64,000 bases of DNA from an uncultured Syntrophaceae bacterium (GTDB lineage Bacteria > Desulfobacterota > Syntrophia > Syntrophales > Fen-1087): contig CAYWTL010000001.1 of assembly GCA_964460245.1 (NCBI GenBank), positions 56 to 64,055 of the forward strand. The letters are read 5' to 3'. This document shows, piece by piece, positions 9,301 through 19,101 of this stretch. The notes below the pieces were generated by a model that saw only the letters and a list, made by a program, of their open reading frames with translations, did no database searches and was not told the origin of the DNA. The position numbers were made by a program, and so were the translations under genes. The number at the start of each line of letters is the position of its first letter. Position 1 is the first letter of the stretch.

Positions 9301-9902
9301 GGCATGCTGAAAAGGCGCGGTCGGGCAACCGGAAAGCTATCGAAGCCTTGGAAGAGATAAAGCGCCAGCAGCGGCAACTGGTAAGCCTCCGGGAAGGCGC
9401 CATGGCCCTACTGCAGCGAGAACCGGAACTCATCGCTCCAGGTTCGATCGCTTTCGTAGCCCATGCCTTGGTCGTTCCGTCTTCCGATCCGGCGGATCAG
9501 GAACAGTATGACGTCAATGTTGAGCAAGTGGCGATGAAGGTTGCCCAAGCCTTCGAGGAGGCGGCCGGCGCCAAGGTGCTCGATGTCCATACGCCAGAAC
9601 GAGCCCGCGCAGCAGGCCTTCCGGAGAATCCTGGATTCGATCTCTTCTCACTGCGGTCGGAAAATGAAAAACTGGGCATCGAGGTCAAAGGGCGAGCGGG
9701 AACAGGCAACATCGAGGTATTAGCCAATGAATGGGCCAAGGCCTGCAACATGCGGCAGGATTACTGGTTCTACGTAGTATATGACTGTGCCACACCAAAC
9801 CCCAGGCTAGTGCGGGTTCAAGATCCCTTCGGAAGCTTGCTCGCCAAGAGCAAGGGCAGCGTTTTGATCAGCGCCAAGGAAATCGGACAGGCAGCAATTT
9901 AG
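6306..9902 (+). CDS. XRE-HTH / SNF2-family helicase / C-terminal DUF3883 (PD-ExK-like) fusion protein
   Basis: N-terminal HTH: LGLTQQSLANALGVSFATVNRWENGQ. Helicase motifs: DDAGAGKT (I), FDEAHKL (II), LTATPH (III), GEGINLQ...QRMGRIHRY (V/VI). C-terminus: GFDLF...IEVKG...YWFYVVY. The ATG at 6306 follows the TTG at 6303. Confidence 0.9.
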   Translation: MADQKSIGIKLQDDYPERIKRLRAGLGLTQQSLANALGVSFATVNRWENGQTKPSQLSWNQLRQLEMSLKEEAAPDRSNNEKPPPPILDFTASPEIVKMLAEGERLSFGHLMNPTFATEISSIDPLPHQRIAVYDHMMKQARLRFLLADDAGAGKTIMAGLYIREMLSRRLLKRILIVPPAGLVGNWRRELLKLFSLSFHIVSGNDTRHGNPFAGENGDQVIVSIDTLSSSRVFFCLKDPRVAPYDLVIFDEAHKLAANRGPDLRIRKTERYCLAEALAGVKSNDRRWQLDWSAYHLLLLTATPHMGKDYPYYALWRLLEPEVLSTPDAFGEYPADQRQAHFIRRTKEEMVYPDGRPLYPRRISDTLGYLLTQGDVSEQRLYDETTDYLRYVYNKAKLLNREAARLAMSVFQRRMASSTYALLRSFERRVEKLSILIDEIQDGKLSPEALVARQQRLHLEDDVFDAKTADDEISDEEREENEAAEDRLLQGVVAASLSDLLAEREQVRQLLDLAKQVYESGQESKFEKLREALTDPRYSDEKFIIFTEHRDTLLFLVRRLSGMGYTDQIAQIHGGMHYSQREEEVERFRKPVTEGGTRFLICTDAAGEGINLQFCWIMINYDVPWNPARLEQRMGRIHRYLQKHDPVIILNLVAPSTREGKVIKTLLDKLEKIRKELQSDKVFDCIGRFFEGVSIKQYMELAVTEDAETVARELDGRLTKEQIEALAERERSLYGGGGDVAGELPRLRADLEREVHFHLLPGYVRQYIEQAAPLVNIEIAGDPGGIFSLHPKRLGAMDALLPDLELYPEKTRERFSVSRTTDLLAPDVKTGKDDFIWLHPGDPVFERFRSLVAEYLGNQGKRGAVFIDPNTEKPYLFHMALIHIVRKADPEIPRLAKDELLDCRLVGVKQYEGAEISLCPVEHLLLLRGGSGLPASAQRLAVRANEEKGHVLAYLSERVARELALDRRQSLLDSLPERENFLQRGFDCQEAELALSRARHAEKARSGNRKAIEALEEIKRQQRQLVSLREGAMALLQREPELIAPGSIAFVAHALVVPSSDPADQEQYDVNVEQVAMKVAQAFEEAAGAKVLDVHTPERARAAGLPENPGFDLFSLRSENEKLGIEVKGRAGTGNIEVLANEWAKACNMRQDYWFYVVYDCATPNPRLVRVQDPFGSLLAKSKGSVLISAKEIGQAAI

Positions 9903-9915
9903 GACAGGTAATTCC

Positions 9916-10248
9916 ATGAACCCTCTTCTGTCCGCAGCAACCATTATGGCTCTCAGTTATCGGGCGCTTCAGCTTAAGGAGCAATTCAGGGATGATAACC
10001 TGTTTTCATTTTCGATTGAACTCTTGACAGATTGCCGTCATAGCACGTATGAACTATTCATTACCCCCCTCGGTAGCTTCGGCGAAAAGGCGCAGAGTAG
10101 CCCCGCAATGGGCGGCTCTTGCTTTATCCATACAACCCATTCGGATTCCGACCAACATATAAGACAATCAGCCGATTTGTATGTATTGTTTAGGGTCTAT
10201 GCTCACAAGAAGGGTCATTGTGTTTCTATGCCAAGGAGGACTGACTGA
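9916..10248 (+). CDS. Small hypothetical protein (110 aa)
   Basis: The ORF starts 14 nt after the helicase stop and ends in TGATG, overlapping the next start. It has no recognisable motif, and whether it is coding is uncertain. Confidence 0.3.
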   Translation: MNPLLSAATIMALSYRALQLKEQFRDDNLFSFSIELLTDCRHSTYELFITPLGSFGEKAQSSPAMGGSCFIHTTHSDSDQHIRQSADLYVLFRVYAHKKGHCVSMPRRTD

Positions 10249-11441
10249 TGAATAATCAAGAATTGGAAGAACTTCTCTTCGATTTGGAATCGGATCGGAT
10301 AGAGCGAAAAGAATCTATCGCCGATATGAAAAAGATCCGTCAGGCCGTCTGCGCCTTTGCGAATGATTTGCCCAATCATCGGCAGCCTGGCGTAATCTTC
10401 ATCGGGGCTCGAGATGACGGTAGTTGTGCAGGTCTACAGATTACAGATCAATTGCTACTCACGCTTTCTGATATGCGATCGGATGGCAATATACTGCCGC
10501 TTCCCATGATAACTGTCGAAAAAAGAGTGTTAAGGGGCTGTGAACTGGCGGTCGTCATAACGGAACCTTCGGATCTCACGCCCGTTCGTTTTCAGGGCAG
10601 GGTATGGATTCGTGTGGGACCGAGGCGCGCAATCGCTACGGCAGAGGAAGAGCGACGCTTGAATGAAAAGAGGCGCTCGCGCGATCTTCCTTTTGATCTC
10701 TATCCCCTAAGCTCTGCATCAATCCAGGATTTGGATCTGGATCTTTTCCAAAGAACCTATCTCTCCGCAGCTATTTCACCGGATATTCTTGCAGAGAACC
10801 AACGATCGACGGAACAGCAGTTGGCCTCATTGCGTTTTATAACGCCCGATAGCCCTGCCATACCCACGGTAGCCGGTTTGCTGGCGGTCGGCAAATCCCC
10901 GAACGATTTCATCCCTGGCGCCTATGTGCAGTTCTTGAGATTTGAAGGTGCGGAGCTGACAGATCCCATTGCCGACCAAAAATCCATATCCGGCCCATTA
11001 TCACAGGTGCTCAGGGAACTTGATGAAATTTTCAAGGCAAACATCCGTATTCCAACAGATATTGTTTCAGAAGCCACTGAAGTGAGACGGCATGACTATC
11101 CCATTACCGCAATCCAACAATTCGTGAGAAATGCCGTCATGCATCGCGATTATCAGACATCGAACGCACCGGTCCGCGTGACTTGGTTTGTCGACCGTGT
11201 CGAAATTCAGAATCCCGGCGGCCCGTTCGGACAGGTCACCAGACAGAATTTCGGCCAACCTGGCATCACGGATTATCGCAATCCCAATATTGCTGAAGTA
11301 ATGAAGAATCTCGGTTATGTGCAACGATTTGGCGTCGGAATTCAGATTGCCCGTAAGGCTCTTGCCGACAACGGAAATCCGCCTGCGGATTTTCATATTG
11401 AAGACAACCATGTACTGGTGACGATCCGGAGGAGAACATGA
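10248..11441 (+). CDS. AlbA_2 (Schlafen-like) DNA/RNA-binding domain protein with an HATPase_c_4-like C-terminal domain
   Basis: The N-terminal ELLFDLESDRIERKES...A.AN is typical of the AlbA_2/AAA_4 family. The C-terminal FVRNAVMHRDY...RNP.IAEVM..LGYVQRFGVG is also typical. A strong AAGGAGGA SD precedes the start. The stop overlaps the next ATG (ATGA). Confidence 0.7.
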   Translation: MNNQELEELLFDLESDRIERKESIADMKKIRQAVCAFANDLPNHRQPGVIFIGARDDGSCAGLQITDQLLLTLSDMRSDGNILPLPMITVEKRVLRGCELAVVITEPSDLTPVRFQGRVWIRVGPRRAIATAEEERRLNEKRRSRDLPFDLYPLSSASIQDLDLDLFQRTYLSAAISPDILAENQRSTEQQLASLRFITPDSPAIPTVAGLLAVGKSPNDFIPGAYVQFLRFEGAELTDPIADQKSISGPLSQVLRELDEIFKANIRIPTDIVSEATEVRRHDYPITAIQQFVRNAVMHRDYQTSNAPVRVTWFVDRVEIQNPGGPFGQVTRQNFGQPGITDYRNPNIAEVMKNLGYVQRFGVGIQIARKALADNGNPPADFHIEDNHVLVTIRRRT

Positions 11442-12436
11442 GCATTCCCGTCATTGCCTTTTTCAATAACAAAGGAGGGGTAGGAAAAACATCCCTCGTC
11501 TATCATGTGGCCTGGATGATGAGCGAACTTGGGCTACAGGTCTTAGCAGCAGATCTTGACCCCCAATGCAATCTCACCGCAGCCTTTCTTGACGAGGACC
11601 AACTGGAGTCGTTATGGCCCGACAATGAGCAGCCGCCAAGCACGATTTACGGTGCCATTCGTCCTCTGCAGACGGGCATCGGCGATGTGACTGAACCGAA
11701 ACTTCAGAATCCGGTGGAAAATCTCTCGCTACTTGCCGGCGATATGCTGTTGTCCGGATTTGAAGACGGCCTTTCCGAAGCATGGCCCAAATGCCTCGAT
11801 CGGGATGAACGCTCGTTTCGAGTTATATCATCCTTCTGGCGCATCATCCAAAAAGGAGCTGCACAAAAAGATGCTGAAGTCATCCTAATTGATTTGGGGC
11901 CGAATCTCGGCGCAATCAACCGCGCGGCCTTGATCGCATCGGATTATGTGGTCATCCCTCTGGGACCGGATCTCTTTTCTTTGCAGGGTCTGAAAAACTT
12001 GGGACCGGCTTTGCGGAACTGGCGGGAAGGATGGAAAGAAAGACTGCCGAAGAATCCTTCAAAGAACTTGATTCTTCCGAAAGGGGATATGCAACCGTTA
12101 GGATACATCGTCATGCAGCATTCCGTGCGTCAGGACCGTCCGGTGAAAGCGTATGATAAGTGGGTATCCAGAATTCCTTTCACCTACGAGCGTTTTGTTC
12201 TCGATCGGGATACAAAGCTTCATCGAAGAATAGAAGGTGATCCCAATTGTTTTTCTCTTATCCGCCATTACCGGAGCCTCATGCCCATGGCCCAAGAAGC
12301 AAGAAAACCCATGTTTTTTCTAAAGCCAGCCGATGGCGCAATAGGTGCTCATGCCAGGTCTGTTCAGGATTCCTACAATGATTTCAAAGAGTTAACGAAA
12401 AAAATCCTCTCAAAGGCAGGGATTCTTCAAATATGA
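11438..12436 (+). CDS. ParA/Soj-like AAA ATPase (long form, 332 aa)
   Basis: Deviant Walker A FNNKGGVGKTS, followed by AADLDPQCN. ATGA overlaps occur at both ends. Confidence 0.85.
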   Translation: MSIPVIAFFNNKGGVGKTSLVYHVAWMMSELGLQVLAADLDPQCNLTAAFLDEDQLESLWPDNEQPPSTIYGAIRPLQTGIGDVTEPKLQNPVENLSLLAGDMLLSGFEDGLSEAWPKCLDRDERSFRVISSFWRIIQKGAAQKDAEVILIDLGPNLGAINRAALIASDYVVIPLGPDLFSLQGLKNLGPALRNWREGWKERLPKNPSKNLILPKGDMQPLGYIVMQHSVRQDRPVKAYDKWVSRIPFTYERFVLDRDTKLHRRIEGDPNCFSLIRHYRSLMPMAQEARKPMFFLKPADGAIGAHARSVQDSYNDFKELTKKILSKAGILQI

Positions 12437-15400
12437 CCGATACACCACGTTTGATTGAACACGCCTTTCCCTTGAAGCAGGCGTCCCTGGATTCGGTACA
12501 TGAGAAGAACGTTCGCCATGGTCATATCTCGACCCTCCATATCTGGCCGGCGCGACGGCCACTGGCAGCCTGTCGGGCAGCCCTGATCGCTACGCTGCTG
12601 CCCGACCCAAGCGCCCAGCCAAAGCCCGATGGCATGTCCGATGAAGAGTGGCATCAGGAAATCATCCGTCTGCGTCGGGAACTCTGCGAGAAGATCGGCG
12701 GCAAGACGGTGAAGACCGTCGAAAAGAAGAAGATGCCGAACGGTCAGATCGTCGAACGGGAGAAGGAAGAAACGTCTGGCGGCATCCTCCATTGGGGCTT
12801 GGAGACAAAGAACAAAGAGCTTTTGGATTGGTTCCGTCAGGAGATTCGCAAGGCCCACGGCGGTCGGGCGCCGAAGATCCTCGACCCCTTCGCCGGCGGC
12901 GGGGCGATCCCTCTGGAGGCGATGCGGCTGGGTTGCGCGGCAACCGCCGTGGACATCAATCCCGTGGCCTGGTTCCTTCTGAAATGCACCCTCGAATACC
13001 CCCACCGATTGGCGGGTAAGACCCTTCCACTTCCTGATTTCATCCTCGACGACGAAGCCTTCATGGAGGTCTTTTACAAGGCCCATTCCCATCTGATCGG
13101 CCGCACCAAGAAGACCAAACAGCAAAAGGAAAAAGAGGAAAGGGCGCCAGGCCTTTTCGACAAGCCGGATTCCGGGAGGGCGCCGAAGGCGGATCTCGCC
13201 TGGCATGTTCGGGCCTGGGGCCAGTGGGTGCTGAAAAATGCCCGCCGCGAGCTGGCTGCCTACTATCCGGCCTATGCGGATTTTGAGCCCATCAGCGGCA
13301 CTTTCCCCAAGCCCTATGAAAAACAGCCTTTGCGGCTCGTGCCGCTAAGCAAGGACGGCACGCCGGATATCGAAGCCCTCAACATCGATTTCAGCGAGGA
13401 ATACCTCCGGGACAAGAGCAATCCCCGCTGGGTAGCCAAACCGACGGTAGCCTACCTCTGGGCGCGAACGGTGTCATGCAAGAACTGCCGTGCCGTCATC
13501 CCGCTCCTCAAGACCCGGTGGCTCTGCAAAAAGGATAAGAAACGGGTTCTCCTCACCATGGCGCCGAATGCCGACAGGTCCAGCGTCACCTTCGGCATCG
13601 AGGCAAATGTCCCGGTCAAGGGCGGCAACGCGGCCCAGCGCCGGGAACAGGACAAGCAGCTCGGCAGCGGCACCATGTCCCGCTCCGGGGCCAAGTGCCC
13701 CTGCTGCGGGACGATCATGACCATGGAAGACATCCGTCTGGAGGGGAAGGCCGGCCGCCTGGGATCGGTCAATACAGCCGTGGTCGTGGACGGCCAGAAG
13801 GGCAAGGAGTATCGCCTGTCCATGGATCATGAGATACGGATGGCGGCCGAAGCCGAGAAGGCTGTTGCCGATGTCTTTGCCGAGATCCCCTTCGGGCTGC
13901 CGGAAGAACCAACACCCAAAGGTGGAAGTGGCGCTAGTAGGGCTTTCTCAGTGGACGGCTATGGTTTCAACCAATGGCAAAAGCTCTTCACGCCTCGTCA
14001 GCTCTTGGCTATGGGAACATTCGTGAAATCGACGCGGGCTATTATCAAGAACTCTCAATTAGGAAAAAACAATGAACTTGTGCCTATCTTAGCCTACCTA
14101 GCGGCAGCAGTAGACAGGTTGTCCGACAGATGTGCCACACTCTGCACGTGGGATCAAGGATACACCAAGGTTAACCATGTGTTCAATAGGTATGCACTAC
14201 CAATTACATGGGACTTCTGTGAAGGAAATCCGCTGTCTGAAACAACGGGGAATTACGGAGATGCTGTAACGTGGATATGCAAATATATTGACCACGCAAT
14301 TGATGCCTGTCCTAACGCAACGGCCCCAATTGTTCGTCAAGAATCAGCCATTTCCACCAATATCAATGAGATTTTCGATATCATTGTTACCGATCCTCCA
14401 TACTATGACGCCATTCCTTATTCGGATCTCATGGACTTCTTCTATGTTTGGCTCCGCAGGGTCCTCTTCGGAATCACTGAAGACTTTGATACTGCCTTTC
14501 AGGAGACGCTATCTCCAAAGTGGAATCACAGTACAAGTGATGGTGAATTGATTGACGACGCCAGTCGTCATGGAGGGGATAAAAATAAATCCAAAACAGT
14601 CTATGAAGAGGGTATGTTTCATGCTTTTCAGAAATGTTCCGAAGCATTAAATGATGAAGGAAGATTAGTGATCGTCTTTGCACATAAACAACCAGATGCG
14701 TGGGAAACTTTAGTATCAGCTATTATACGTGCCGGATTCACTGTTGACGGTAGTTGGCCCATTCAGACTGAAATGAGTACCGGCCTTCGCAATTATGGAC
14801 GGGCATCACTTGCATCCTCAGTTTGGCTTGTCTGTAAAAAACGGTCTGCAACGGCTAAACCCGGATGGGACAATCAGGTCCTGGAAGAGATGCGGAAAAA
14901 GATCCGGGAGCAGCTCCGCGAGTTTTGGGACGCAGGGATCCGCGGTCCCGACTTCGTCTGGGCGGCGACGGGCCCGGCATTAGAGGCTTATAGCAGGCAT
15001 CCAGTCGTCCGCAAAGCCACCGAACCGGGTCCGATGACGGTCAGCCAGTTTCTCACCCACGTCCGAAGAATGGTTGTGGATTTCGTAGTTGGCCGAGTAC
15101 TTTCTGGAGACGGAACCGCTTCTCTGGCACCGGAGGAGATAGACGCGATGGGCCGGGATCGTCTGGATGAGCCAACAGCTTACTACCTGCTTCATCGTCA
15201 CGACTTTGGTATGGAGGAGGCTCCGGCTGGGGCGTGCATCCTCTACGCGGTCTCTTGTGGTATCTCGGACAAGGAACTAGCCGACACCTGGGACCTCATC
15301 AGTTCTGCAAAAGGGAAGTCGTCAGAGGAAGCGGAAGAAAAGGCCGACGCCGATGCGGAGGCGGACCCGGAAGCCTCGGAGGAATCGGGAAACAAGGTGA

Positions 15401-15723
15401 AGCTCAAAACCTGGGCGCAGCGGAAGGGTCGCTCTATGGGATACGAGGCCCCCGGAGGCAAGCCCGTTCCTCTCATCGATCGCGTTCACCGCCTGATGCA
15501 CCTTTGGAAGGCGGGCGACCTTCACAAGGTGGACGGATATCTCGATGACAACGGCCTACGGCGCCAGGAGCTTTTCCGGCGGCTCCTGCAATCCTTGATC
15601 GAACTGTCGCCCGCCGGAAGCGAGGAAAGATCGCTTCTTGAATCCATCAGCAACCATATCCATGCCAAAGGCGCCGTCAATGATCGGCAGGTAGGCATGG
15701 CCTTCGACGAGAATGGAGCATGA
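12433..15723 (+). CDS. DUF1156-type (COG1743-like) Zn-ribbon DNA methyltransferase (N6-A/N4-C class)
   Basis: The N-terminal IEHAFPL...HIWPARRPLAACRA is the DUF1156 signature. Motif I is LDPFAGGGAIPLEA. Zn-ribbon pairs are CKNC and CPCC. Motif IV is VTDPPYYD. Confidence 0.9.
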   Translation: MTDTPRLIEHAFPLKQASLDSVHEKNVRHGHISTLHIWPARRPLAACRAALIATLLPDPSAQPKPDGMSDEEWHQEIIRLRRELCEKIGGKTVKTVEKKKMPNGQIVEREKEETSGGILHWGLETKNKELLDWFRQEIRKAHGGRAPKILDPFAGGGAIPLEAMRLGCAATAVDINPVAWFLLKCTLEYPHRLAGKTLPLPDFILDDEAFMEVFYKAHSHLIGRTKKTKQQKEKEERAPGLFDKPDSGRAPKADLAWHVRAWGQWVLKNARRELAAYYPAYADFEPISGTFPKPYEKQPLRLVPLSKDGTPDIEALNIDFSEEYLRDKSNPRWVAKPTVAYLWARTVSCKNCRAVIPLLKTRWLCKKDKKRVLLTMAPNADRSSVTFGIEANVPVKGGNAAQRREQDKQLGSGTMSRSGAKCPCCGTIMTMEDIRLEGKAGRLGSVNTAVVVDGQKGKEYRLSMDHEIRMAAEAEKAVADVFAEIPFGLPEEPTPKGGSGASRAFSVDGYGFNQWQKLFTPRQLLAMGTFVKSTRAIIKNSQLGKNNELVPILAYLAAAVDRLSDRCATLCTWDQGYTKVNHVFNRYALPITWDFCEGNPLSETTGNYGDAVTWICKYIDHAIDACPNATAPIVRQESAISTNINEIFDIIVTDPPYYDAIPYSDLMDFFYVWLRRVLFGITEDFDTAFQETLSPKWNHSTSDGELIDDASRHGGDKNKSKTVYEEGMFHAFQKCSEALNDEGRLVIVFAHKQPDAWETLVSAIIRAGFTVDGSWPIQTEMSTGLRNYGRASLASSVWLVCKKRSATAKPGWDNQVLEEMRKKIREQLREFWDAGIRGPDFVWAATGPALEAYSRHPVVRKATEPGPMTVSQFLTHVRRMVVDFVVGRVLSGDGTASLAPEEIDAMGRDRLDEPTAYYLLHRHDFGMEEAPAGACILYAVSCGISDKELADTWDLISSAKGKSSEEAEEKADADAEADPEASEESGNKVKLKTWAQRKGRSMGYEAPGGKPVPLIDRVHRLMHLWKAGDLHKVDGYLDDNGLRRQELFRRLLQSLIELSPAGSEERSLLESISNHIHAKGAVNDRQVGMAFDENGA

Positions 15724-15804
15724 GAACGGAATTATTTCTTGGATGGGAAATTCGGCAGACTGCGTCTGCTGAATTGGTGCGATAACATGAGGAGGGAAAA
15801 ACCG

Positions 15805-18800
15805 ATGACTAAGCTCCCCTGGAAGCCATGGCATGAAGTGGTGAAGCTCCGCGACGATCTCCGGTCTGGTGATCTGCCTCTGCACCTGTTTGCCGCCGAT
15901 CTCTACGACGTCATGATGCAACGAGGGAAAAGAAAAGTTTATGAAGATCCGGAACAGTTCTTTGCCCTCACCTTTCCCACCTTCAACCTCCGGCGTCTGG
16001 TCCGGGATGTCATGCTGCGGCTGGCCGGGAAGAACGATAAGGCCGTCCGCCAATTGGAGCTGACCTACGGCGGAGGAAAGACCCATACCCTGATCACACT
16101 TCGGCATCTTGTCCATGATCCGGAAAAGTTGCCGAAACTGCCGGCCGTGGAGGAGTTCATCCAAGAGATCGGCCAGAAACCGCCCCGGTGCCGTGTGGCT
16201 GCCCTTTGTTTCGACAAACTGGATGTTGAAAAGGGAATGGAGGTTGTCTCGCCCTCCGGCAAGACCAGGATGCTGAAACAGCCCTGGAGTGTATTGGCCT
16301 GGCAGTTGGCGGGAGAAGAGGGGTTGAAGATTCTCCATGCTGATGGCCTGCCTGAGGAGCGCGAAACGGCGCCGGCCGAGAATCTGCTCACCGAGCTGTT
16401 GGAGATACCGGGCAAGGAAGGACTCGGGAGCCTCTTGCTCATCGACGAAGTACTTTTGTATGCCCGAGAGAGGGTAGGCAAAGATGTCGTCCGCCTTCAG
16501 AGTTTAGTGAACTTTTTTCAATACCTGACGCAAGCGGCCACCAAGGCAGACCGGTGTTGTATTGTGGCATCGCTGTTGGCTAGCGAGCCCACCTCGGAGG
16601 ACGAACTGGGTCGAAGGATAAAGGCTCAGATATACGACATTTTCCAGCGCCAGCGGGAGGAGGCCGTCGAACCCGTGGTCAAGGAAGATGTGGCCGAGGT
16701 CCTCAGAAGGCGGTTCTTCAAACCCGAATCCCTCAAGGATCGGGAGGTCTTCCGCCAGCATGTCGTAGCGGCCCTCAAAGGGATTACGGCCGTCGACGAG
16801 CAGACGGCCAAACAGGGTGCAAATGCGGAACAGCGGTTTCTGGACAGCTACCCCTTTCATCCCGATCTCACGGAAGTGCTCTACTCCAAATGGACGCAGT
16901 TGGCCCGTTTTCAGCGGACCCGGGGCGTATTGCGGATCTTCGCCCTGGCCCTGCGGGAGGCGGAGAAGTGGGACAAATCGCCCCTCATCGGCCCGGCCGT
17001 GTTTCTCAATGCCCCAAAAAGCGAAGGGTTGTCGGAAGCCCTCCGGGAAATGGTCACCGTCGCCGACACCGAGGAAACCGAAGGTAAGAAACAGGCATGG
17101 ACAGGGATACTGGACAACGAATTTGAACAGGCCAAGCGGATTCAGCAAGAGTCGGTGGGTCTAAAATTTCGGGAAGTCGAACAGGCTGTTGTTGCTACTT
17201 TTCTTCATTCCCAACCCATCAGCCAGAGCGCCAAAACGAGAGAGCTTGTTGTGCTGATGGGCTCGACCCGCCCCGACAAGATCGAGTTAGAAAAAGGCCT
17301 CTATCGTTGGTCGCAGACCAGCTATTGGCTTGACGATCTCAATACCTCGACACCGGAGGGACAGCTTCCCGGTACCTGGCGCCTTGGGAATCGGCCCAAC
17401 CTCAACCAGATGCACGCTGTAGCGGCAAAAAACATCCCGGACGATACGGTCCGCGCTCGGCTGCTGGACGACATCGGCAAGCTCAAGTCCCTGACGGCCA
17501 ACGCCTCAGCCGCGGGGGTTCATCCTCATACGCTTCCGATACGACCGAAGGATATAGAAGACGATGGGGCCTTCCACTATGCTGTTTTGGGACCTGGAGC
17601 AGCGTCCGAATCGGGTAAGCCGAGCATCGAGGCCAAGCGATTCCTGGACGAGACAACGGGGTCCGACAAACCTCGCGTCTACCGGAATGCAGTCGTTCTG
17701 GTCACACCTTCCAAGGATGGATTAGAACTGGCGTCGGCCCGCGTACGCGACTATCTGGGATGGGAGGGCGTGCGGGAAGAGATCAAACAGCAACAAAAGG
17801 ACGGCAACGTCGATCCGGCCAGGGCACAGACGCTGTCCATCAACATCGACAAGGCCAAGGGACGCATCCCCGATGCGATCCGTCAGGCCTGGTGCATCGT
17901 CGTTACGGTTTCGGAGAAGGATGAAGCGCAGTCCTTCAAGATCACGGTCACGGATGATCCCCATTTCAACATTATCAAGTCAGACAAGCGGAGCCGTATG
18001 CAGGATACGCCGGTCACCGCAGAGGCCCTCTTGCCCGATGGCCCTTATAACCTCTGGCGTCCTGGTGAGACCGCCCGGCGGGTCAAGGATCTTTCCGGCG
18101 CCTTCGCCCAGCTCCCCCATCTGCCGAAGATGATCAAGGCCAGCGCCATCCTCAGTACGCTGGCGGAAGGCTGCGGGAAAGGAATCTTTGTCCTGCGCCT
18201 TGTCAGACCGGACGGCACATCCCGCACTTGGTGGATGACAAAGCCCGATGATATCGCCCTGAGCGATCCGGCACTGGAGCTCGTACTGCCGGCGTCAGCC
18301 GAACTGGGCGAGATTCCGCCGGCGCTGCTGTCCCCAAACGTCCTGCCCGGCTTGTGGACAGCGGATGAGATCACCTTTCAAGCTGTCACCGACTACTTCA
18401 ATGGCAAGAATGTGGTTCAGGTCGAGCGGGAGGGCTACCGGGAGTCGCTCCCCATTCCAAAGGCCGCTGAAGGTGTTGTGGAAAAGGCTGTTGCCTCCGC
18501 AGTGGAAAGCGGCTTGTTGTGGCTCCTTTGCGGACCGGCAAGCATCCTCGGTGAACCGATACCGCCCGGCGTATTGAATGAAAGCGCTAAGCTCTCAGCG
18601 CCGCCAGCGGTCATCGCCGCCGCAGAGATCCTGCCGGAAAACCTGCCGGGTGCCTGGAAGGGCGGCTATGCATCGGGACTTTCCGTCTCTACGGCGCTAT
18701 CCATCAGGGAGAAAAAAACGCTGCCCTGGAAGACGATCAAGGACGTGATCGGCGGTGCTTTACAGGCGCGGTTTCTTGCCCTGTCGGAAAAGTCAGCCGC

Positions 18801-19101
18801 ATGGCCCTGTGACTTCCCGTCGGCGCAATCGGTCATCCTGAAACCGCCAGCCACGCCGCCCCCCCCGCCTCCGCCCCCGCCGGGACTGACGCTCGGTGCA
18901 GAAGCCGATCTCGAACCATCACAGATTCAAGACCTGGGGGACATCGTTCCCAAGCTTTTGGAAATCAAGAAAACGGGCTTGCCGATGCGGTTTCGTCTGC
19001 GAATCGAGATCGGCGACGGCAAGACCGCGCCTCCTGAAAATGTGGTCAAGGAAGTGAATACCTTGCTTAAGGATGTGAAGGAGGATTTGCAGCTGAAGTA
19101 G
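15805..19101 (+). CDS. DUF499-type (COG1483-like) P-loop ATPase
   Basis: The N-terminal WHEVVKLRDDLRSGDL..FAADL is DUF499-like. Walker A is TYGGGKTHT and Walker B-like is LLLIDEV. I moved the start to the ATG at 15805 (GAGGAGGG SD 8 nt upstream); the longest ORF starts at 15739. A poly-Pro linker (P9) precedes a ~70-aa C-terminal domain. Confidence 0.8.
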   Translation: MTKLPWKPWHEVVKLRDDLRSGDLPLHLFAADLYDVMMQRGKRKVYEDPEQFFALTFPTFNLRRLVRDVMLRLAGKNDKAVRQLELTYGGGKTHTLITLRHLVHDPEKLPKLPAVEEFIQEIGQKPPRCRVAALCFDKLDVEKGMEVVSPSGKTRMLKQPWSVLAWQLAGEEGLKILHADGLPEERETAPAENLLTELLEIPGKEGLGSLLLIDEVLLYARERVGKDVVRLQSLVNFFQYLTQAATKADRCCIVASLLASEPTSEDELGRRIKAQIYDIFQRQREEAVEPVVKEDVAEVLRRRFFKPESLKDREVFRQHVVAALKGITAVDEQTAKQGANAEQRFLDSYPFHPDLTEVLYSKWTQLARFQRTRGVLRIFALALREAEKWDKSPLIGPAVFLNAPKSEGLSEALREMVTVADTEETEGKKQAWTGILDNEFEQAKRIQQESVGLKFREVEQAVVATFLHSQPISQSAKTRELVVLMGSTRPDKIELEKGLYRWSQTSYWLDDLNTSTPEGQLPGTWRLGNRPNLNQMHAVAAKNIPDDTVRARLLDDIGKLKSLTANASAAGVHPHTLPIRPKDIEDDGAFHYAVLGPGAASESGKPSIEAKRFLDETTGSDKPRVYRNAVVLVTPSKDGLELASARVRDYLGWEGVREEIKQQQKDGNVDPARAQTLSINIDKAKGRIPDAIRQAWCIVVTVSEKDEAQSFKITVTDDPHFNIIKSDKRSRMQDTPVTAEALLPDGPYNLWRPGETARRVKDLSGAFAQLPHLPKMIKASAILSTLAEGCGKGIFVLRLVRPDGTSRTWWMTKPDDIALSDPALELVLPASAELGEIPPALLSPNVLPGLWTADEITFQAVTDYFNGKNVVQVEREGYRESLPIPKAAEGVVEKAVASAVESGLLWLLCGPASILGEPIPPGVLNESAKLSAPPAVIAAAEILPENLPGAWKGGYASGLSVSTALSIREKKTLPWKTIKDVIGGALQARFLALSEKSAAWPCDFPSAQSVILKPPATPPPPPPPPPGLTLGAEADLEPSQIQDLGDIVPKLLEIKKTGLPMRFRLRIEIGDGKTAPPENVVKEVNTLLKDVKEDLQLK

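Noticed and set aside
18843-18880. C8 homopolymer and poly-Pro codon run in the DUF499 gene as a phase-variation switch.
   Set aside because: The tract encodes a P9 linker between domains. It is interrupted (CCG/CCT/CCC mix) and contains only 8 identical bases, so there is no evidence of slippage.
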